64,000 bases of DNA from NCBI GenBank assembly GCA_965243135.1, contig OZ251539.1, forward strand, positions 864,001 through 928,000. Reading direction: 5' to 3'. Shown piece by piece: positions 62,527 through 64,000 of the stretch. This stretch comes from Alphaproteobacteria bacterium. GTDB lineage: Bacteria; Pseudomonadota; Alphaproteobacteria; MPNO01; UBA830. A program made the position numbers and the translations under genes. Each line of letters starts with the position of its first letter. Within the stretch, counting starts at the first letter, position 1. The notes under the pieces were generated by a model. The model had not been told where the DNA came from, did no database searches, and saw only the letters and a program-made list of their open reading frames with translations.

Positions 62527-64000
62527 ATGACGAGACGCATGCTTCCGACCGGCATGTCCTCCCTCCGGACGATCCGGGGGCTGGAGTGCTACTACGTCGA
62601 CAAGACGGACCATGTGCGCCGCCTCGTCGAGAGAGGCAGGTACTATTTCCTGTCGCGTCCGCGCCGGTTCGGCAAGACCCTTCTGGTGGACACGCTGCAG
62701 GAACTGTTCGAGGGAAGCGAGGAGCTGTTTCGCGATCTCGCCATACACGGCAGGTGGGACTGGTCGGCGCGCCATCCTGTCGTGCGGATCAGCTTCGGCG
62801 GCGGCAATTTCGACTCCCCGGACTTCGTTCGGAGAAGCGTGGAAGCGCAGCTGGCGGCGGCGGAGAGGCGCGCCGGCGTCGAACCGAGCGCTGCCGAGGC
62901 GTCGAACCGTTTCGGGGAATTGATCGAGGCCCTGCACGAGCGCACCGGACGGCAGGCGGTCGTGCTGGTCGACGAATACGACAAGCCGATCCTGGACGCG
63001 CTCGGCGACCGGGAACTGGCGCTGGCGAACCGCAACTTCCTGCGCGGCTTCTACGCGATGATCAAGGACAACGACAGGCATCTCCGTTTCGTTTTCCTGA
63101 CGGGGGTGAGCAAGTTTTCGCATGCGGGCCTGTTCTCGGGCCTGAACAACCTGCGCGACATCACCCTCGATCCGCGTTTCGGCGCCATCTGCGGCTACAC
63201 CGACGACGAGTTGGACGCGGTCTTCGCCCCGGAACTCGAGGGCCTGGACCGGGACAAGATCCGCCGCTGGTACAACGGCTACAACTGGCGCGGTCCGGAG
63301 AGGGTCTACAACCCGTTCGACATCCTCCTTCTCTTCGAAACGCGCGAGTTCGAGGCGCACTGGTTCCAGACCGGCACGCCGACCTTCCTCGCCGACCTTC
63401 TGGCGCGGCGCCGGGTCGCGGCGCCGGCCTTGGAGGGCGCGGTCGCGAACGCCACGCTGCTGTCGGCCCTCGACGTCGACCGCATTCCCGTCGAGACGCT
63501 TTTGTTCCAGACCGGCTATCTGACCATCGCCGACGAGAAGCGGGACGACGACGCGCGCCTCTACCGGCTGGACTACCCGAACCAGGAGGTGAGGCGCAGC
63601 CTGAACGAGCTCCTGCTGCAGACGATGGCGCCGGACGTCGCGGTCGCGGCGGAGAGCCAGGAGCTGCGACGCCTGATGCGGACGAACGACTTCGCGGGCC
63701 TCGAGCGGCAGTTCCGGGCGTTGCTGGCGAGCATCCCGAACGAGTGGTACGCGAACACGGGCCTGGCGGGGGCGCACTACGCGAGCGTGCTCTACTCGCA
63801 CTTCGTGGCGGCGGGGATGGACGTCCGCGCGGAGGAGAGCACGGCGCGCGGCCGCTCGGACCTGACGGTCCTGTACGACGGCGGCGTCTACCTGTTCGAG
63901 TTCAAGGTCGTGGACGGGAAGCCGGAAGGCCGGGCACTGGCGCAGATTCGGGAGCGCGGCTACGCGGACAAGTACCGGCGTCCGGGCGTGCCGGTCCACC
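62527..64000 (+). CDS. AAA-ATPase-like protein with C-terminal PD-(D/E)XK nuclease domain (runs off the window)
   Basis: Translated by hand: YYVDKT, LSRPRRFGKT, LVDEYDKP, FLTGVSKF, WYNGYNW, YNPFD, GRSDL, FEFK and ALAQI...YADKY. Confidence 0.9.
   Translation, partial: MTRRMLPTGMSSLRTIRGLECYYVDKTDHVRRLVERGRYYFLSRPRRFGKTLLVDTLQELFEGSEELFRDLAIHGRWDWSARHPVVRISFGGGNFDSPDFVRRSVEAQLAAAERRAGVEPSAAEASNRFGELIEALHERTGRQAVVLVDEYDKPILDALGDRELALANRNFLRGFYAMIKDNDRHLRFVFLTGVSKFSHAGLFSGLNNLRDITLDPRFGAICGYTDDELDAVFAPELEGLDRDKIRRWYNGYNWRGPERVYNPFDILLLFETREFEAHWFQTGTPTFLADLLARRRVAAPALEGAVANATLLSALDVDRIPVETLLFQTGYLTIADEKRDDDARLYRLDYPNQEVRRSLNELLLQTMAPDVAVAAESQELRRLMRTNDFAGLERQFRALLASIPNEWYANTGLAGAHYASVLYSHFVAAGMDVRAEESTARGRSDLTVLYDGGVYLFEFKVVDGKPEGRALAQIRERGYADKYRRPGVPVH

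Overview
GC-rich alphaproteobacterial chromosome segment, probably Rhodospirillales-like; the taxon is inferred from synteny only. Core blocks: tRNA-Gln/ppx/rlmE/guaB/guaA, yfgM-bamB-der, and cfa/dnaB/alr/mlaEF/radA/cvpA/purF. Catabolic clusters lie between them: a Mo-oxidoreductase, a luciferase-like monooxygenase with a CUT1 ABC transporter, maleylacetate reductase, a thiolase/OB-fold-SDR/cyclase/CoA-ligase operon, GlcF with a VAO/PCMH-type flavoprotein, UbiX and a hydratase. Accessory elements are a HEPN-MNT pair behind guaA, a 1678-aa mosaic autotransporter behind a C19 tract, and a decayed island at about 47.5-53.2 kb. The island holds a relaxase remnant, higBA, an ISAs1 with intact IRs and a 9-bp target duplication, DUF6788, and an ABC-type ATPase whose probable HNH partner is broken. 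An ISNCY remnant precedes an AAA/PD-(D/E)XK gene at the right edge. Best leads: the poly-C switch on the autotransporter, an Lpp/OprI-like lipoprotein convergent with an L,D-transpeptidase in an alphaproteobacterium, an HTH-less mini-GcrA under a palindromic PhaR-like operator, and two probable CTG starts in CTGA overlaps. Family calls come from motif recognition by eye; no searches were run.
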